Shown here one piece after another: positions 1 through 10,236 of a stretch of DNA of 64,000 nt. The position numbers and the translations under genes were made by a program. The stretch spans positions 6,437-70,436 of the forward strand of contig CAKZSV010000031.1 of assembly GCA_937921485.1 (NCBI GenBank), read 5' to 3'. Below the pieces are notes generated by a model. The model did not search any database, had not been told where the DNA came from, and saw only the letters and a program-made list of their open reading frames with translations. How positions within the stretch are numbered: the stretch's first letter is position 1; every line of letters starts with the position of its first letter. Origin of the DNA: an uncultured bacterium. GTDB taxonomy: Bacteria > Spirochaetota > UBA4802 > JAGODF01.

Positions 1-892
1 CTGAAGGGCGAAATATATCCGCGCATGCCGACTGTCGATCGAACATAGTCGTATTCAGATCCAAGGAAACCGCGGCTGATTTCAAATGCGTAATCGATGT
101 AGAAACCATTCTTGGGGTCGGGCTCGAAATCGCGCATGTCGATTGCCACTCCAGCGCGCGCGAAGCTCGTCCAGCCGCCGTCGAACCCGGTTGGCCTCAC
201 CTGCGAAAGCAGCGTAGGCTGTGTCTGCGTGTAAGAGTCACCGCCAAAGAGGCCCATCTCGAATTCCCGGTTATCCCAGGGATCGATATCCACCCGACGC
301 ACCTGATAGCCTAAGAGAAACCGCAAGAAATCAAAGTTGCGGTATATGTCGATCGAAAATTTCGGAGCTGTGATGGTATAGTTATTATATTTATAATTGG
401 CGTAGTTATTTGCTTTCAGGACTTCATCCTGATAGTCCTTATATGTATCGTATTCCTTGCCGCCATAGGTTAATGGATTTTTTGTTGTATCCGCTCCCTG
501 ACCGAAAAAGTTTGCATTCAGTTTTTTTTCAAAAACCACCGATGTCTTCACGCGAAAATCGGAACCGAAAACTTTAAACTGGTCGATGTTGAATTCATGA
601 TATTGCCAGCCAGCCGTGGTTGCGAAATACTGAATGTACATCTGCGTGAAATACGGCGCGTATGCAAAATCAGGATCGCTTTTCGAGCCGTTATTGTACA
701 TATACAGCCGAATCCCATACCCAAGACCGGTATCGCTGGAAAAGTTGACCAGCGGCAATCCGGTCGGATACCAGCCTTCACGCTTTTTCGCTAAGTCCTC
801 ATCGCTCATCCGCGCCGCAGACATGGCATTATCAGAAAGCACGACAAAAAGCGCGCACAACCCGACGAAAATCACTAACAAAGCTCTCCTCA
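1..892 (-). CDS. Secreted or outer-membrane protein, 3' end truncated by the window edge. Tyr/Gly/Asn-rich, beta-barrel-like composition.
   Basis: The reverse complement of 850-892 reads ATG AGG AGA GCT TTG TTA GTG ATT TTC GTC GGG TTG TGC GCG (MRRALLVIFVGLCALFVV), a signal peptide. The frame stays open to position 1. It is absent from the ORF table because there is no stop codon in the window. Confidence 0.5.
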
Positions 893-1132
893 TAAAGTAA
901 CCCCCTTTGTAATAATAAAATGCATCTTTGAATATGCATCAGACTCACCGCACTGCCCTAACATTTCACATCAACACAATTCCGTCAATCACAATACCAT
1001 GCATTTTCGGTAATTCTATAAATCCTTATGGATTTTTGTCAACAGAATTTTTATAATCATTTCTGGAATTGAATCCTAAACGAAATTTACCGATGTGCAC
1101 TTTAAAAATCGAGCGGAGGCTCAAATATTTAT

Positions 1133-1159
1133 TGACGAAGAAGTGAAATGTATTAAAAT
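1133..1159 (+). promoter_or_regulatory. Candidate sigma70-like promoter for the 5'-nucleotidase gene.
   Basis: TTGACG at 1133-1138 and TAAAAT at 1154-1159 with about 15 nt spacing, roughly 55 nt upstream of the ATG at 1214. Confidence 0.2.
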
Positions 1160-1213
1160 AAGAAAGTAGTACATTGCGAAATATCATACTGTTATTGAAA
1201 AAGGAATACTCAT

Positions 1214-3172
1214 ATGAAAACAATGCTACGCATGACAGTGATACTGGTTGTGTTATTTATTGCTTCCCAATCGCTTATCGCAGTCGAACGGCTGACAATT
1301 ATTCACACCAACGATCTGCATTCAGAGCTGATGGGATTTCCACCGAGCATCGATTATACGCCACATACAACCGGCGATGATGCCACAACAGGCGGCTGGG
1401 CGCGCATCGCGACAATTATTAATGAAACGAAAAAATCACGCACCAATCCGGTCATCGTCCTTGATGCCGGCGATTATACGATGGGTTCTCTTTTCCATAC
1501 GATTTGCCGTGAAGAGGGCCTTGAACTCAGACTTCTTGGAGCGATGGGGTATGATGCCGTGGGCGTGGGAAATCATGAATTCGATTTCATGCCGCTGGGG
1601 CTTGCGCGCATGCTCAATTCTGCGCACAATAAAGGCAAAATTCCTCTCGTCCTTCTTTCAAACGCGATAACAAGCAACGACAGCCCGCGCGATGATCTTC
1701 TTGAAGTTATCTATCAGAAAAATATTATTCGTACGCATGCAGTCATAAAAAGAGGAAATATTACAATCGGCCTTTTTGCCCTCTTAGGCGTTGATGCCGC
1801 GGAAGTTGCTCCCTTCGCATCGCCGGTAAAATTTGCCGACAGAATCGAAACTGCGAAAAAGATGGTTTCTGTTCTTCGAAATCAGGAAAAAGCCGATGTT
1901 GTGATATGCCTTTCGCACTGCGGGCTTACCAGAAGAGGCGGAAAGGACTCCGAAGACGAAGAGCTTGCCAGGAAGGTGCCGGGCATCGATGTCATTGTAA
2001 GCGGCCATACGCATACAAAATTAGAACAGCCGCTCGTGGTGGATGGCACCATTATTGTGCAGGCATGGGAATACGGCAAGCGGGTTGGCGTGCTGGATCT
2101 TTCCATTGAAAACAATACACCAAAAATTGAGAGGTATGCATATCACACGGTTGACGACAGCATTGTCGGCGATACCTCCATTCAAAGAATCATCGATCAG
2201 CACATCGCAATCATCGAAAAATCAATTCTTGCACCCTACGCGTTCACCTACCGCATGATAGTTGCAAAGACTGCGTTTGATATACCCTATGAAGAAAAAG
2301 CAATCGAGTATCCGATGGGCAATCTCATTGCCGATGCGCTGAGATGGTATGCAAATAAATATGCATTCGATGAAAAAGATCCCGAAACAAAAATCGTTGT
2401 TGCCGTCGAATCGAGCGGAATCATCCGCAACCCGCTTTCAAAGGGTAAGAGCGGCAATCTGGCTGTCTGCGATATTTTTAAAACATTTCCTCTCGGTATT
2501 GGTTTCACCGATGCGGATGACGCGATCGGCTATCCGATTGTGACGGTATATGTGACGGCGGAAGAAATAAAAAAGGCGCTTGAAGTGCTCACCACCGTTG
2601 CTCCGCTGAAAGGAAACAGCTATTTCCTTCAGGTGTCGGGCCTTAAAATCACCTACAATCCGCGGCGCATGCTTTTTGACAGAGTTACCGGCATCTGGCT
2701 GGGCGATGAACAATCAGGATACGAACCGCTTGATTATTCTTCGCGCAACAGGAAGCTCTATCGCATCGCCGCAAATATCTACAATGCGACATTTCTTAAA
2801 ATTATCGGACGTTTCACCTCGGGGATTCTCACCATCGTTCCGAAAGACCGGCATGGAAATCCCATCGACGATCTTAATAAAGCAATCATCGATCGCGATT
2901 CAAAGACGCCCGGCATTCAAGGTTTGCGCGAATGGGCAGGGATTATTGAATACATGAAAACATTCCCGGATACCGATGGCGATGGCATACCCGATGTTCC
3001 AGAACACTACAGGGAAAAACTCGGACGCATCATTGCAGAGCCCAGCATCAATCCCATAGCTCTTTTGCGCGGAGGAAGCTGGCTTACCTGGAGCGCGTTT
3101 GGCGTGATCGTTGTCATCATTGCACTTCTTGCAGGCGTGATAGTGTTCGTGGTGAGCAAAATCAGAAGGTAA
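1214..3172 (+). CDS. Bifunctional 5'-nucleotidase / metallophosphoesterase family (UshA-like), with a signal peptide and a C-terminal hydrophobic anchor.
   Basis: Calcineurin-like motifs (NDLHS, GDYTMGS, GNHEFD, GHTH), then a 5'-nucleotidase C-terminal region. The N-terminus reads MKTMLRMTVILVVLFIAS. The C-terminus ends in a TM helix followed by KIRR. Confidence 0.8.
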   Translation: MKTMLRMTVILVVLFIASQSLIAVERLTIIHTNDLHSELMGFPPSIDYTPHTTGDDATTGGWARIATIINETKKSRTNPVIVLDAGDYTMGSLFHTICREEGLELRLLGAMGYDAVGVGNHEFDFMPLGLARMLNSAHNKGKIPLVLLSNAITSNDSPRDDLLEVIYQKNIIRTHAVIKRGNITIGLFALLGVDAAEVAPFASPVKFADRIETAKKMVSVLRNQEKADVVICLSHCGLTRRGGKDSEDEELARKVPGIDVIVSGHTHTKLEQPLVVDGTIIVQAWEYGKRVGVLDLSIENNTPKIERYAYHTVDDSIVGDTSIQRIIDQHIAIIEKSILAPYAFTYRMIVAKTAFDIPYEEKAIEYPMGNLIADALRWYANKYAFDEKDPETKIVVAVESSGIIRNPLSKGKSGNLAVCDIFKTFPLGIGFTDADDAIGYPIVTVYVTAEEIKKALEVLTTVAPLKGNSYFLQVSGLKITYNPRRMLFDRVTGIWLGDEQSGYEPLDYSSRNRKLYRIAANIYNATFLKIIGRFTSGILTIVPKDRHGNPIDDLNKAIIDRDSKTPGIQGLREWAGIIEYMKTFPDTDGDGIPDVPEHYREKLGRIIAEPSINPIALLRGGSWLTWSAFGVIVVIIALLAGVIVFVVSKIRR

Positions 3173-3179
3173 CATTGCG

Positions 3180-4463
3180 CTAATCGGCATCATCAGGCGG
3201 TACATAGCCCCAGTCATCATCAATCATCTGGCGGCATATTCCCTGTGCGGCGATATCCGTCCCTACATCTGTAAAAAGTAGCTTTGTTCGGCTATAATGC
3301 GGGACATACCCGGAATCTCGATAATGTTCTTTAACCATACGAGTTATTGCAGCAACGGGATCGCCGTACATTTGTAAAAGCTCTCCGGAAAGAATTACCA
3401 CATCGGGCATTGTGATGTTGATGAGATCGAGAAGCGCACTTGCGAAACGCGATAATCGCGCATCCATCTCCGCGCGTACCTCTGCATTTCCTTCGGCATA
3501 GGCGCGCGCCAGTATAGCAAGCGCATTTTCCGCTTCCTCTTTCGAAGATGGAGCAATATGCGCCAGCTTATCGCGAAGAAGCTCCATAAAACTGTTTAAA
3601 GAAAAATAGCCGTCCAGGCATCCCTTCCTGCCGCAAATACACGGACGATCGTCATCTGCCACATGGATATGACCGAATTCGCCATGAGCAGTAACAACTG
3701 CGCCGCGGTGTATGATGCCGCTGGCGGTTGCAGAACGCGCAGAAACATAGAGAATTGTTTCATTTTGCTCTATGAGTTCCCGATCGAGCAAAAAATATGA
3801 GAGCATGCCGCGAATATTATGATCAATGGAAATCTTTCTTTTTGGAAAAAGTTCTTCCAGAAGTTCCCGGAAATTCATTCCATTGAGCTTCGGCATCAGG
3901 GTGTAGCTGCGCAGGATGCCGCTTTCGAAATCGATATCGCCGGGAACTGCAATGCCTGCTGCAACACAGGAAGACCTAAGCGCAGGTTCTTTTTCAAAAA
4001 GTGATTCAATATGCTTCCGCAGCGATTCAGAAAAATCATTGCGGGTAATTGACATGGACAGCGGGGTGAAGTGGGTATGAAGTGTTCGAAACGAAAAACT
4101 CATCAGTGCGGAATATATGCCGGATTGATTGAACGTGATTCCCAGATAGACGTTTTTACGCTCATTTAGCGAGAAAAACGTCGCCTTGCGCCCCATCGGC
4201 TTCTGTTCACCGCTTTTTTCTACTATGAGTTCTTTAGCCTGAAGGCTGTTGAAAATGGTGAGGATGGTGTTCATTGAATATCCGGACATAGTTCGAGCCT
4301 GGATCTTTGATAAAAGCCCGTTTCGCCGGAATAAATCGACAACATGGTTTCTTTTGTTTTTCTTCCTCTGGTCTATTCTCGATCCGAATGCCATGTTGAA
4401 ACCTGCATACACGATAAATTTGAAATTGTTGGTTATAATCCTGATGTAATCGATATGGCGCAA
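3180..4463 (-). CDS. ROK-family transcriptional regulator / sugar-kinase-like protein (NagC/XylR type). The start codon is uncertain (alternative Met at about 4394).
   Basis: N-terminal HTH segment (NTILTIFNSLQAKELI). ROK zinc motif HxH...CxCGxxGCLD (GHIHVADDDRPCICGRKGCLD). Confidence 0.8.
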   Translation of the reverse strand: MRHIDYIRIITNNFKFIVYAGFNMAFGSRIDQRKKNKRNHVVDLFRRNGLLSKIQARTMSGYSMNTILTIFNSLQAKELIVEKSGEQKPMGRKATFFSLNERKNVYLGITFNQSGIYSALMSFSFRTLHTHFTPLSMSITRNDFSESLRKHIESLFEKEPALRSSCVAAGIAVPGDIDFESGILRSYTLMPKLNGMNFRELLEELFPKRKISIDHNIRGMLSYFLLDRELIEQNETILYVSARSATASGIIHRGAVVTAHGEFGHIHVADDDRPCICGRKGCLDGYFSLNSFMELLRDKLAHIAPSSKEEAENALAILARAYAEGNAEVRAEMDARLSRFASALLDLINITMPDVVILSGELLQMYGDPVAAITRMVKEHYRDSGYVPHYSRTKLLFTDVGTDIAAQGICRQMIDDDWGYVPPDDAD

Positions 4464-4571
4464 TCACTTTTTTATTGACAAACATATAACGATGGCAGAA
4501 AAAAATTTTAATTGCTCGATTTATATACCATATTACATCTGTTTTAAAATTTTTCAGAAAAAGAGATTTTC

Positions 4572-5465
4572 ATGTCTTTTGAAAATGTAATCCAATATTT
4601 TATTGCGGGCATCACCACAGGAAGCATTTACGCAATTGTGGCGATCGGGTTTAATATCATCTACAATACGACCGGAATCATCAATTTTGCCCAGGGCGAG
4701 TTTTTAATGCTCGGCGGCATGATTTCAATCACCTTAGTCCAGTTTGTTCCGCTGCCGTTTGCTATCTGCGCAGCGGTGCTCATCACCGCCGGTGCAGGCT
4801 ACCTGCTCGAACGCACATTTATACGCGGAATAAAAAACCCTACTCCCCTGCGCATGATTATCATCACCATAGGCCTTTCCATACTCATACGCGAAGCCGC
4901 TCTTCATATATGGGACGAAAAGGTTCGTTCTCTTCCCTATTTCACCGGCAATGAAATCACTTCCATTGCAATTTTCGGCGCTCATTTTTCCCCGCAGGTT
5001 CTCTGGGTTCTTGGTACATCCGCACTCATCGTGGTTTTTCTGAATTTTTTCTTTTCGTACACCACGACGGGAAAATCAATGCGGGCATGCGCTTCAAACA
5101 GAATTGCAGCCGCGCTCTGCGGCATCGACATAACAAAAATGGTAAGCCTTTCCTTTGTGCTCTCAGCGGCAATCGGCGCTCTCGCGGGATGCGTGATTTC
5201 ACCCATCACTCAGACGCAATACGATTGCGGAACCTCGCTTGCCATTAAGGGATTTACCGCGGCCATTTTCGGCGGCATGGGTTCGAGCACCGGCGCAATC
5301 GCGGGCGGACTTATCATCGGCATTATCGAGGCGGCGAGCATCAGCATCATTCCCCTCGCCTATAAAGATGCTATCACGCTTACCGTGCTTCTCGGAATTT
5401 TAATTTTCAGGCCAGGCGGCCTCTTTGCAAACGGCGATGCATCGTCAAAGGTTGACCGCCCATGA
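4572..5465 (+). CDS. livH: Branched-chain amino acid ABC transporter permease (LivH type).
   Basis: Multi-TM permease with a typical LivH N-terminus (MSFENVIQYFIAGITTGSIYAIVAIGF). It is the first gene of a four-gene ABC operon. Confidence 0.85.
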   Translation: MSFENVIQYFIAGITTGSIYAIVAIGFNIIYNTTGIINFAQGEFLMLGGMISITLVQFVPLPFAICAAVLITAGAGYLLERTFIRGIKNPTPLRMIIITIGLSILIREAALHIWDEKVRSLPYFTGNEITSIAIFGAHFSPQVLWVLGTSALIVVFLNFFFSYTTTGKSMRACASNRIAAALCGIDITKMVSLSFVLSAAIGALAGCVISPITQTQYDCGTSLAIKGFTAAIFGGMGSSTGAIAGGLIIGIIEAASISIIPLAYKDAITLTVLLGILIFRPGGLFANGDASSKVDRP

Positions 5466-6532
5466 AAAAAACACGGTACATATCCCTTGCGCTGTTTGCC
5501 GCCGGAATCGTCGCCTGTCAGCTGATTTTCACCGCTCTCGGCACGGATTATCTCCTCATTCAGCTTACGATGTCTGCATATTATGCACTTGTGGTCATTG
5601 GCCTCTCACTTCTGATGGGATATGCGGGGCAGATATCTTTAGGGCATGCAGCCTTTTTTGCGCTCGGCGGATATCTCACCGCGGTTTTTTCCACCAACCA
5701 GCTTCAAGAAGTCGTATCGCATGAAATGCTTACCAGGCTTTCCCGCATCGGCATTGTATATTCTTCTGACGCGCATGACGCATTGTACCGATTGCATCCC
5801 GCGCTTTCTCTTCCAACTGTCATAATTGTCACCATTATCATTGCAATCATCATCGGCATTCCCATCCTCCGCCTCAAGGGTCATTATCTTTCGATGGCAA
5901 CTCTCGGATTCGGCATCATCCTTTACCGAATTTTTTTAGGAACAAAAGTTTTTGGTGAAGCGGATGGGATTTCAAATGTTGCGCCTTTTGATATCCCCGG
6001 ATTTTTCCCAATCGGCGGAGAATCTTCCTTTCGAGTGCCGAATTATTATTTCGCGTGGTTTCTTGTCATTATCGCGTTAGTGCTTCTTCTAAACATCATT
6101 GATTCGCGCGTTGGCAGGGCTCTCCGCGCAATTCACGACAGCGAGGAAGCCGCGAGCGCGATGGGTGTTGACACGGGAAGGTATAAGCTCATCGTATTCA
6201 TCATCTCCGCGCTTTTAGCCGCTATCGGTGGTTTTTTCATGACACATTACAATGCCGGCATAGGCCCATCAGAAGCAGGCATTATGAAATCCGTCCGCTA
6301 TGTGTCGATAGTCGCCGTGGGCGGAATGGCAAATCTGTGGGGATGCCTTATCATGGGTGTGGTGCTGAATTATTTATCCCTGCGCGGGTATTTCGGTTCG
6401 TATGATGATGCCGTCTTCGGGGCATTGCTTATTGCCATCATGGTGTTCGCACCGAACGGCATATTTAAAAAGGAAATTTTTGATAAAATTCGCCACTTCG
6501 TGAGCAGGATACCATGCCGATTTTCGAAGTAG
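5462..6532 (+). CDS. livM: Branched-chain amino acid ABC transporter permease (LivM type).
   Basis: Multi-TM permease. It overlaps livH by 4 nt and is followed by two ABC ATPases. Confidence 0.85.
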   Translation: MKKTRYISLALFAAGIVACQLIFTALGTDYLLIQLTMSAYYALVVIGLSLLMGYAGQISLGHAAFFALGGYLTAVFSTNQLQEVVSHEMLTRLSRIGIVYSSDAHDALYRLHPALSLPTVIIVTIIIAIIIGIPILRLKGHYLSMATLGFGIILYRIFLGTKVFGEADGISNVAPFDIPGFFPIGGESSFRVPNYYFAWFLVIIALVLLLNIIDSRVGRALRAIHDSEEAASAMGVDTGRYKLIVFIISALLAAIGGFFMTHYNAGIGPSEAGIMKSVRYVSIVAVGGMANLWGCLIMGVVLNYLSLRGYFGSYDDAVFGALLIAIMVFAPNGIFKKEIFDKIRHFVSRIPCRFSK

Positions 6533-7278
6533 AAAACATGTGCCGTTCATTCGGCGGACTCAAAGCGGTCGATGGAGTGAGCTTTTCAGTTGAAAGCGGC
6601 CAGATAAAGGCCATCATCGGCCCCAACGGCGCAGGAAAGACCACGCTTTTCAATCTCATCGCGGGAAGCATACAACCCGACAGCGGCGCGGTTACTTTTA
6701 AAGGAGCTGATATCTACGCGCTTCCTCCCCATAAAATTGCAGAAAAGGGAATATTGCGGACGTTTCAAAATATCAAGCTTTTTCCCCACATGACCGTCAT
6801 GGAAAATATCCTGGTTGGAAGCCACCGGAAAATGCGCGCGGGCTTTTTGCAGGCCGCTTTTCCGCTTCCATGGACATACCGGGAAGAACGTGATGCCAGA
6901 GAGAAAGCAGCGCAGATTGCCGAAGATTTAGGGATCGATACACTTCTCGACACTGAATTAGCAAATCTTGATTTTGGTAGCCAGCGTGTGGTGGAATTGG
7001 CGCGCGCCCTTGCGGGCGAACCGGAGATGCTTTTGCTCGATGAACCGGCAGCGGGCCTGAACATCCATGAAACCCTGCAACTCTCCGAAGCTATTCGGAA
7101 AATCATGGAAAAAGGAATCACCATCCTTCTCATCGAACATGACATGTCGCTTGTGATGGATATTTCCGATGAAATCATTGTGCTTTCATACGGGAAAAAA
7201 ATCGCGGAGGGCCTTCCCGCAGAAATACAGCGCAATCCGGAAGTCATCGCAGTGTATTTAGGAACCGACAATGCTTAG
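6514..7278 (+). CDS. livG: Branched-chain amino acid ABC transporter ATP-binding protein (LivG type).
   Basis: Walker A (GPNGAGKTT), ABC signature and Walker B (LLLDEPAAGL), plus the LivG-specific insert. Confidence 0.9.
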   Translation: MPIFEVENMCRSFGGLKAVDGVSFSVESGQIKAIIGPNGAGKTTLFNLIAGSIQPDSGAVTFKGADIYALPPHKIAEKGILRTFQNIKLFPHMTVMENILVGSHRKMRAGFLQAAFPLPWTYREERDAREKAAQIAEDLGIDTLLDTELANLDFGSQRVVELARALAGEPEMLLLDEPAAGLNIHETLQLSEAIRKIMEKGITILLIEHDMSLVMDISDEIIVLSYGKKIAEGLPAEIQRNPEVIAVYLGTDNA

Positions 7279-8005
7279 AATTAGAAATGTAGTTGCCGGC
7301 TACGGTAATCTCACCGTCATACGAAGAGCTTCCCTTCATGTGAAGACAGGCGAGATTGTCACGATAATCGGCGGAAACGGTGCGGGAAAGACGACACTTC
7401 TGGGAACTATTGCGGGCATCAATCAATCGCGCGAAGGCGAAATATTCTTCGATAACCACGATATCACAAAGCTTTCATCAGATAAAATCACATCAAGGGG
7501 GCTTTCACTTGTTCCGGAAGGCCGCCAGGTGTTTTCATCAATGACCGTGCTCGAAAATCTTGAAATGGGCGCGTTTATTCGATATCGTAAAGGTGAAAAA
7601 GACGAAATAATCTCGGACATTGAAAAGATGTACCGGCTCTTCCCCATCCTCGAAAGCAGAAAACATCAGCAGGCAGGAACGCTTTCGGGAGGCGAACAGC
7701 AAATGCTGGCCATTGCGCGAGCGCTTATGGGGCGTCCGAAATTGCTGATGTTAGATGAGCCTTCGCTGGGGCTTGCGCCGATAATTGTCCAGCAAATCTT
7801 TTCCATCATAAAAGAACTCCGCTCCTTTGGGAATACAATTCTTCTGGTGGAGCAAAACGCTAAAGCAGCGCTCAATATCGCCGACCGGGGGTATGTGATG
7901 GAAACCGGTCATATCCTTCTGGAAGGAACATCGAAGGAACTCCTCGAAAACAAGGATGTGCAGCGGGCATATCTCGGCAAGGAATACCGCCGCATTAACG
8001 AATAG
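7271..8005 (+). CDS. livF: Branched-chain amino acid ABC transporter ATP-binding protein (LivF type).
   Basis: Walker A (GGNGAGKTT), signature LSGGEQQ and Walker B (LMLDEPSLGL). Overlaps livG. Confidence 0.9.
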   Translation: MLRIRNVVAGYGNLTVIRRASLHVKTGEIVTIIGGNGAGKTTLLGTIAGINQSREGEIFFDNHDITKLSSDKITSRGLSLVPEGRQVFSSMTVLENLEMGAFIRYRKGEKDEIISDIEKMYRLFPILESRKHQQAGTLSGGEQQMLAIARALMGRPKLLMLDEPSLGLAPIIVQQIFSIIKELRSFGNTILLVEQNAKAALNIADRGYVMETGHILLEGTSKELLENKDVQRAYLGKEYRRINE

Positions 8006-8016
8006 GAGGAATTGTC

Positions 8017-9315
8017 ATGATTTACGACAGAGAATATGAAACAATGCCGCGCGACGAACTCGAGCAACTCCAGATTGAGAGGCTTCAAACGACGTTGAAC
8101 AGGGTTTACCGCAATGTGGCATTTTACCGGCACTCGTTCGACGAAAGAAAAATAAATCTTGAAAAAATCAAATACATTTCCGACTTAAAGGAACTGCCCT
8201 TCACCACCAAAGAAGATCTCATCAGAAGCTATCCTTACGACATGTTCGCAGTACCCTTGCGCGATATTGTGCGGATTCATTCTTCTTCAGGCACAACCGG
8301 AAAATCCATCGCAGTGGGGTATACCGCCAATGACATCCGCCACTGGTCAAGCCTGGTTGCTCGGCTTCTCACCGCCGGCGGGATCGGCGAGCATGATTTC
8401 GTACAGATTTCGCTTAACTACAATCTTTTTACCGGCGGCCTCGCCTATCACTACGGCGCGGAACTGCTCGGTGCCTCGGTCATTCCCGCCTCCGCAACCA
8501 GCGATATCGAAAAACAGATTATTTTTATGAAGGATTTCAAAACAACCGCGCTGATCAGCACGCCAAGCTATGCACTGGCTATCGCGAATGCCCTTGATGA
8601 TTTGAAAATTCATCCAGATGAGCTCTATCTGAAATTCGGCCTTTTCTGTGCGGAGCCGTGGAGCGAGAGCATGCGCACAAAAATAGAGGAGAAACTACAT
8701 CTCATAGCAACCGATAACTACGGAATTTCAGAAATCATGGGTGCGGGAGTGGCGGGAGAGTGCCAGGAGAAAAACGGCCTTCACATCAACGAAGACCATT
8801 TTATCGTCGAAGTGATAGACCCGAAAACCTTAACGCCGCTTGGAACCGGCGAAGAGGGCGAGCTTGTCTTTACGACACTCACCAAAGAAGGATTCCCGCT
8901 TATACGGTATCGGACGGGTGATATCGCCTCGCTTATTGAAGGTGCGTGCCCGTGCGGAAGGACGCTGGTGCGCATGAGCAGAATTACCGGAAGGTCGGAC
9001 GAAGTAATGCTGGTCAATGGCATCAAAATTTATCCTTCACAGATCGAAGAAATTTTTCTTAAGCTGACCAATCGAGTGCCGAGATATCTCATCGTTCTCG
9101 GCAAAGATCAGGAAAAAGACACGATGGAAATCATGCTCGAAATTTCTGGAATTGAGGCGCTCGATGAAATGAAAAATATTTTACACTACCGCGACCGTTT
9201 GCAGCAGGCGCTTGAGGCCGCGACAGGAGTCCAGTCGAAAGTGCTCCTCGTTGAAACCGATACGATTCAGCGCATGGAAACGCGATCCAAAATTATCGAC
9301 CGCCGCTGCGAATGA
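8017..9315 (+). CDS. Phenylacetate-CoA ligase family protein (PaaK / coenzyme F390 synthetase-like adenylate-forming enzyme).
   Basis: AMP-binding motif SSGTTGKS, PaaK-like length (432 aa) and an RBS (GGAGG 7 nt upstream). The gene immediately follows livF. Confidence 0.8.
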   Translation: MIYDREYETMPRDELEQLQIERLQTTLNRVYRNVAFYRHSFDERKINLEKIKYISDLKELPFTTKEDLIRSYPYDMFAVPLRDIVRIHSSSGTTGKSIAVGYTANDIRHWSSLVARLLTAGGIGEHDFVQISLNYNLFTGGLAYHYGAELLGASVIPASATSDIEKQIIFMKDFKTTALISTPSYALAIANALDDLKIHPDELYLKFGLFCAEPWSESMRTKIEEKLHLIATDNYGISEIMGAGVAGECQEKNGLHINEDHFIVEVIDPKTLTPLGTGEEGELVFTTLTKEGFPLIRYRTGDIASLIEGACPCGRTLVRMSRITGRSDEVMLVNGIKIYPSQIEEIFLKLTNRVPRYLIVLGKDQEKDTMEIMLEISGIEALDEMKNILHYRDRLQQALEAATGVQSKVLLVETDTIQRMETRSKIIDRRCE

Positions 9316-9617
9316 ATGCAGGAGGATGTATGCAGCGAATAATTGAATCTCTGATGGCGCAGCCGTTTTTTATTCTGGTACTTGCGTTTCTTGTGGCGCT
9401 TTTCATGTACGCGCTTTTAAAAAAGCTTTTAAAAATACTTGCGGTGATATCGCTTCTGCTGGTGCTGTATCTGGGATACCTGGTATATCGCGGAGAGACG
9501 ATTGTGCTTTCGAAAAAAAATCTTAAAAACTATTCCGAACAGAAATTGGAAAACATGAAAAAAAGCGCCGTTGAGAAAGCTGCTCAAAGCATTACAAAAA
9601 AGCGGGGGAATCGATAA
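9312..9617 (+). CDS. Small membrane protein (two predicted TM helices), hypothetical.
   Basis: The ORF overlaps the paaK stop by 4 nt. It has two hydrophobic helices followed by a Lys-rich tail. The start codon is uncertain. Confidence 0.4.
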   Translation: MNAGGCMQRIIESLMAQPFFILVLAFLVALFMYALLKKLLKILAVISLLLVLYLGYLVYRGETIVLSKKNLKNYSEQKLENMKKSAVEKAAQSITKKRGNR

Positions 9618-9669
9618 TCTGCAGTCTTTTTAGGAAATAATTAATTACATGCCCATCGCATTCGAGAAT

Positions 9670-10170
9670 TTAATGTACCGAGGATGTTATCAGGCAATCC
9701 ATCACCGTCTTGATGTGCATGATGATTACCGGCACGGCTTCATCCCTGATTGTTCCGCCGTATTCAGGCGGCCTGTCGATGACAAGTCCCATGAGAAACA
9801 GTATGAGAAACGGCTCTTCGCTTTCGTCATTGAGCATGCTTGACAACGCTTCATCGAAATTTTCCATCTCCTTTTCGATTTCATTCAAACGGTCGGCGTT
9901 ATAATCAAGTCGGGCGGAAAGCTCATCATCGCTAATTTCCCGTTCAATTTTCAGCGTTTCGTTTATTATGTGCCAGCCTAAAGTGGTAAAACTTATGAGA
10001 AGGTCGCGCTCGTCCTCGTTTAAATAATCGCCTTCCACTTCGAAAAGATAATCAGTGATATAATGCTGCTGCGCGTCCATCTTTTCGAAAAGCTGCGTCA
10101 ATGGATCATTGCCCAAACTGTTCAAACCGCCAACAATTTCTTTGATTTTTTCTTCTGTGATTGTATTCAT
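9670..10170 (-). CDS. Hypothetical acidic protein (166 aa).
   Basis: Clean ORF in an otherwise empty interval. Highly acidic (Asp/Glu-rich). No recognisable motif. Confidence 0.5.
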   Translation of the reverse strand: MNTITEEKIKEIVGGLNSLGNDPLTQLFEKMDAQQHYITDYLFEVEGDYLNEDERDLLISFTTLGWHIINETLKIEREISDDELSARLDYNADRLNEIEKEMENFDEALSSMLNDESEEPFLILFLMGLVIDRPPEYGGTIRDEAVPVIIMHIKTVMDCLITSSVH

Positions 10171-10236
10171 CTATACCACCTTATTTTGTAATTTCGCAGT
10201 TCGATTCAACAGCATCGCCTTCTTTCATCTGGCCAG

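Noticed and set aside
900-1213. Checked the larger intergenic regions (900-1213, 4464-4571, 13277-13456, 20331-20429, 26298-26495, 49012-49166, 58844-59052) for tRNA, tmRNA or CRISPR repeats.
   Set aside because: There are no cloverleaf-compatible sequences (no GTTCGA/TTCGAAT T-loop with matching acceptor stems) and no short direct-repeat arrays. The regions look like ordinary AT-rich promoter or leader DNA.
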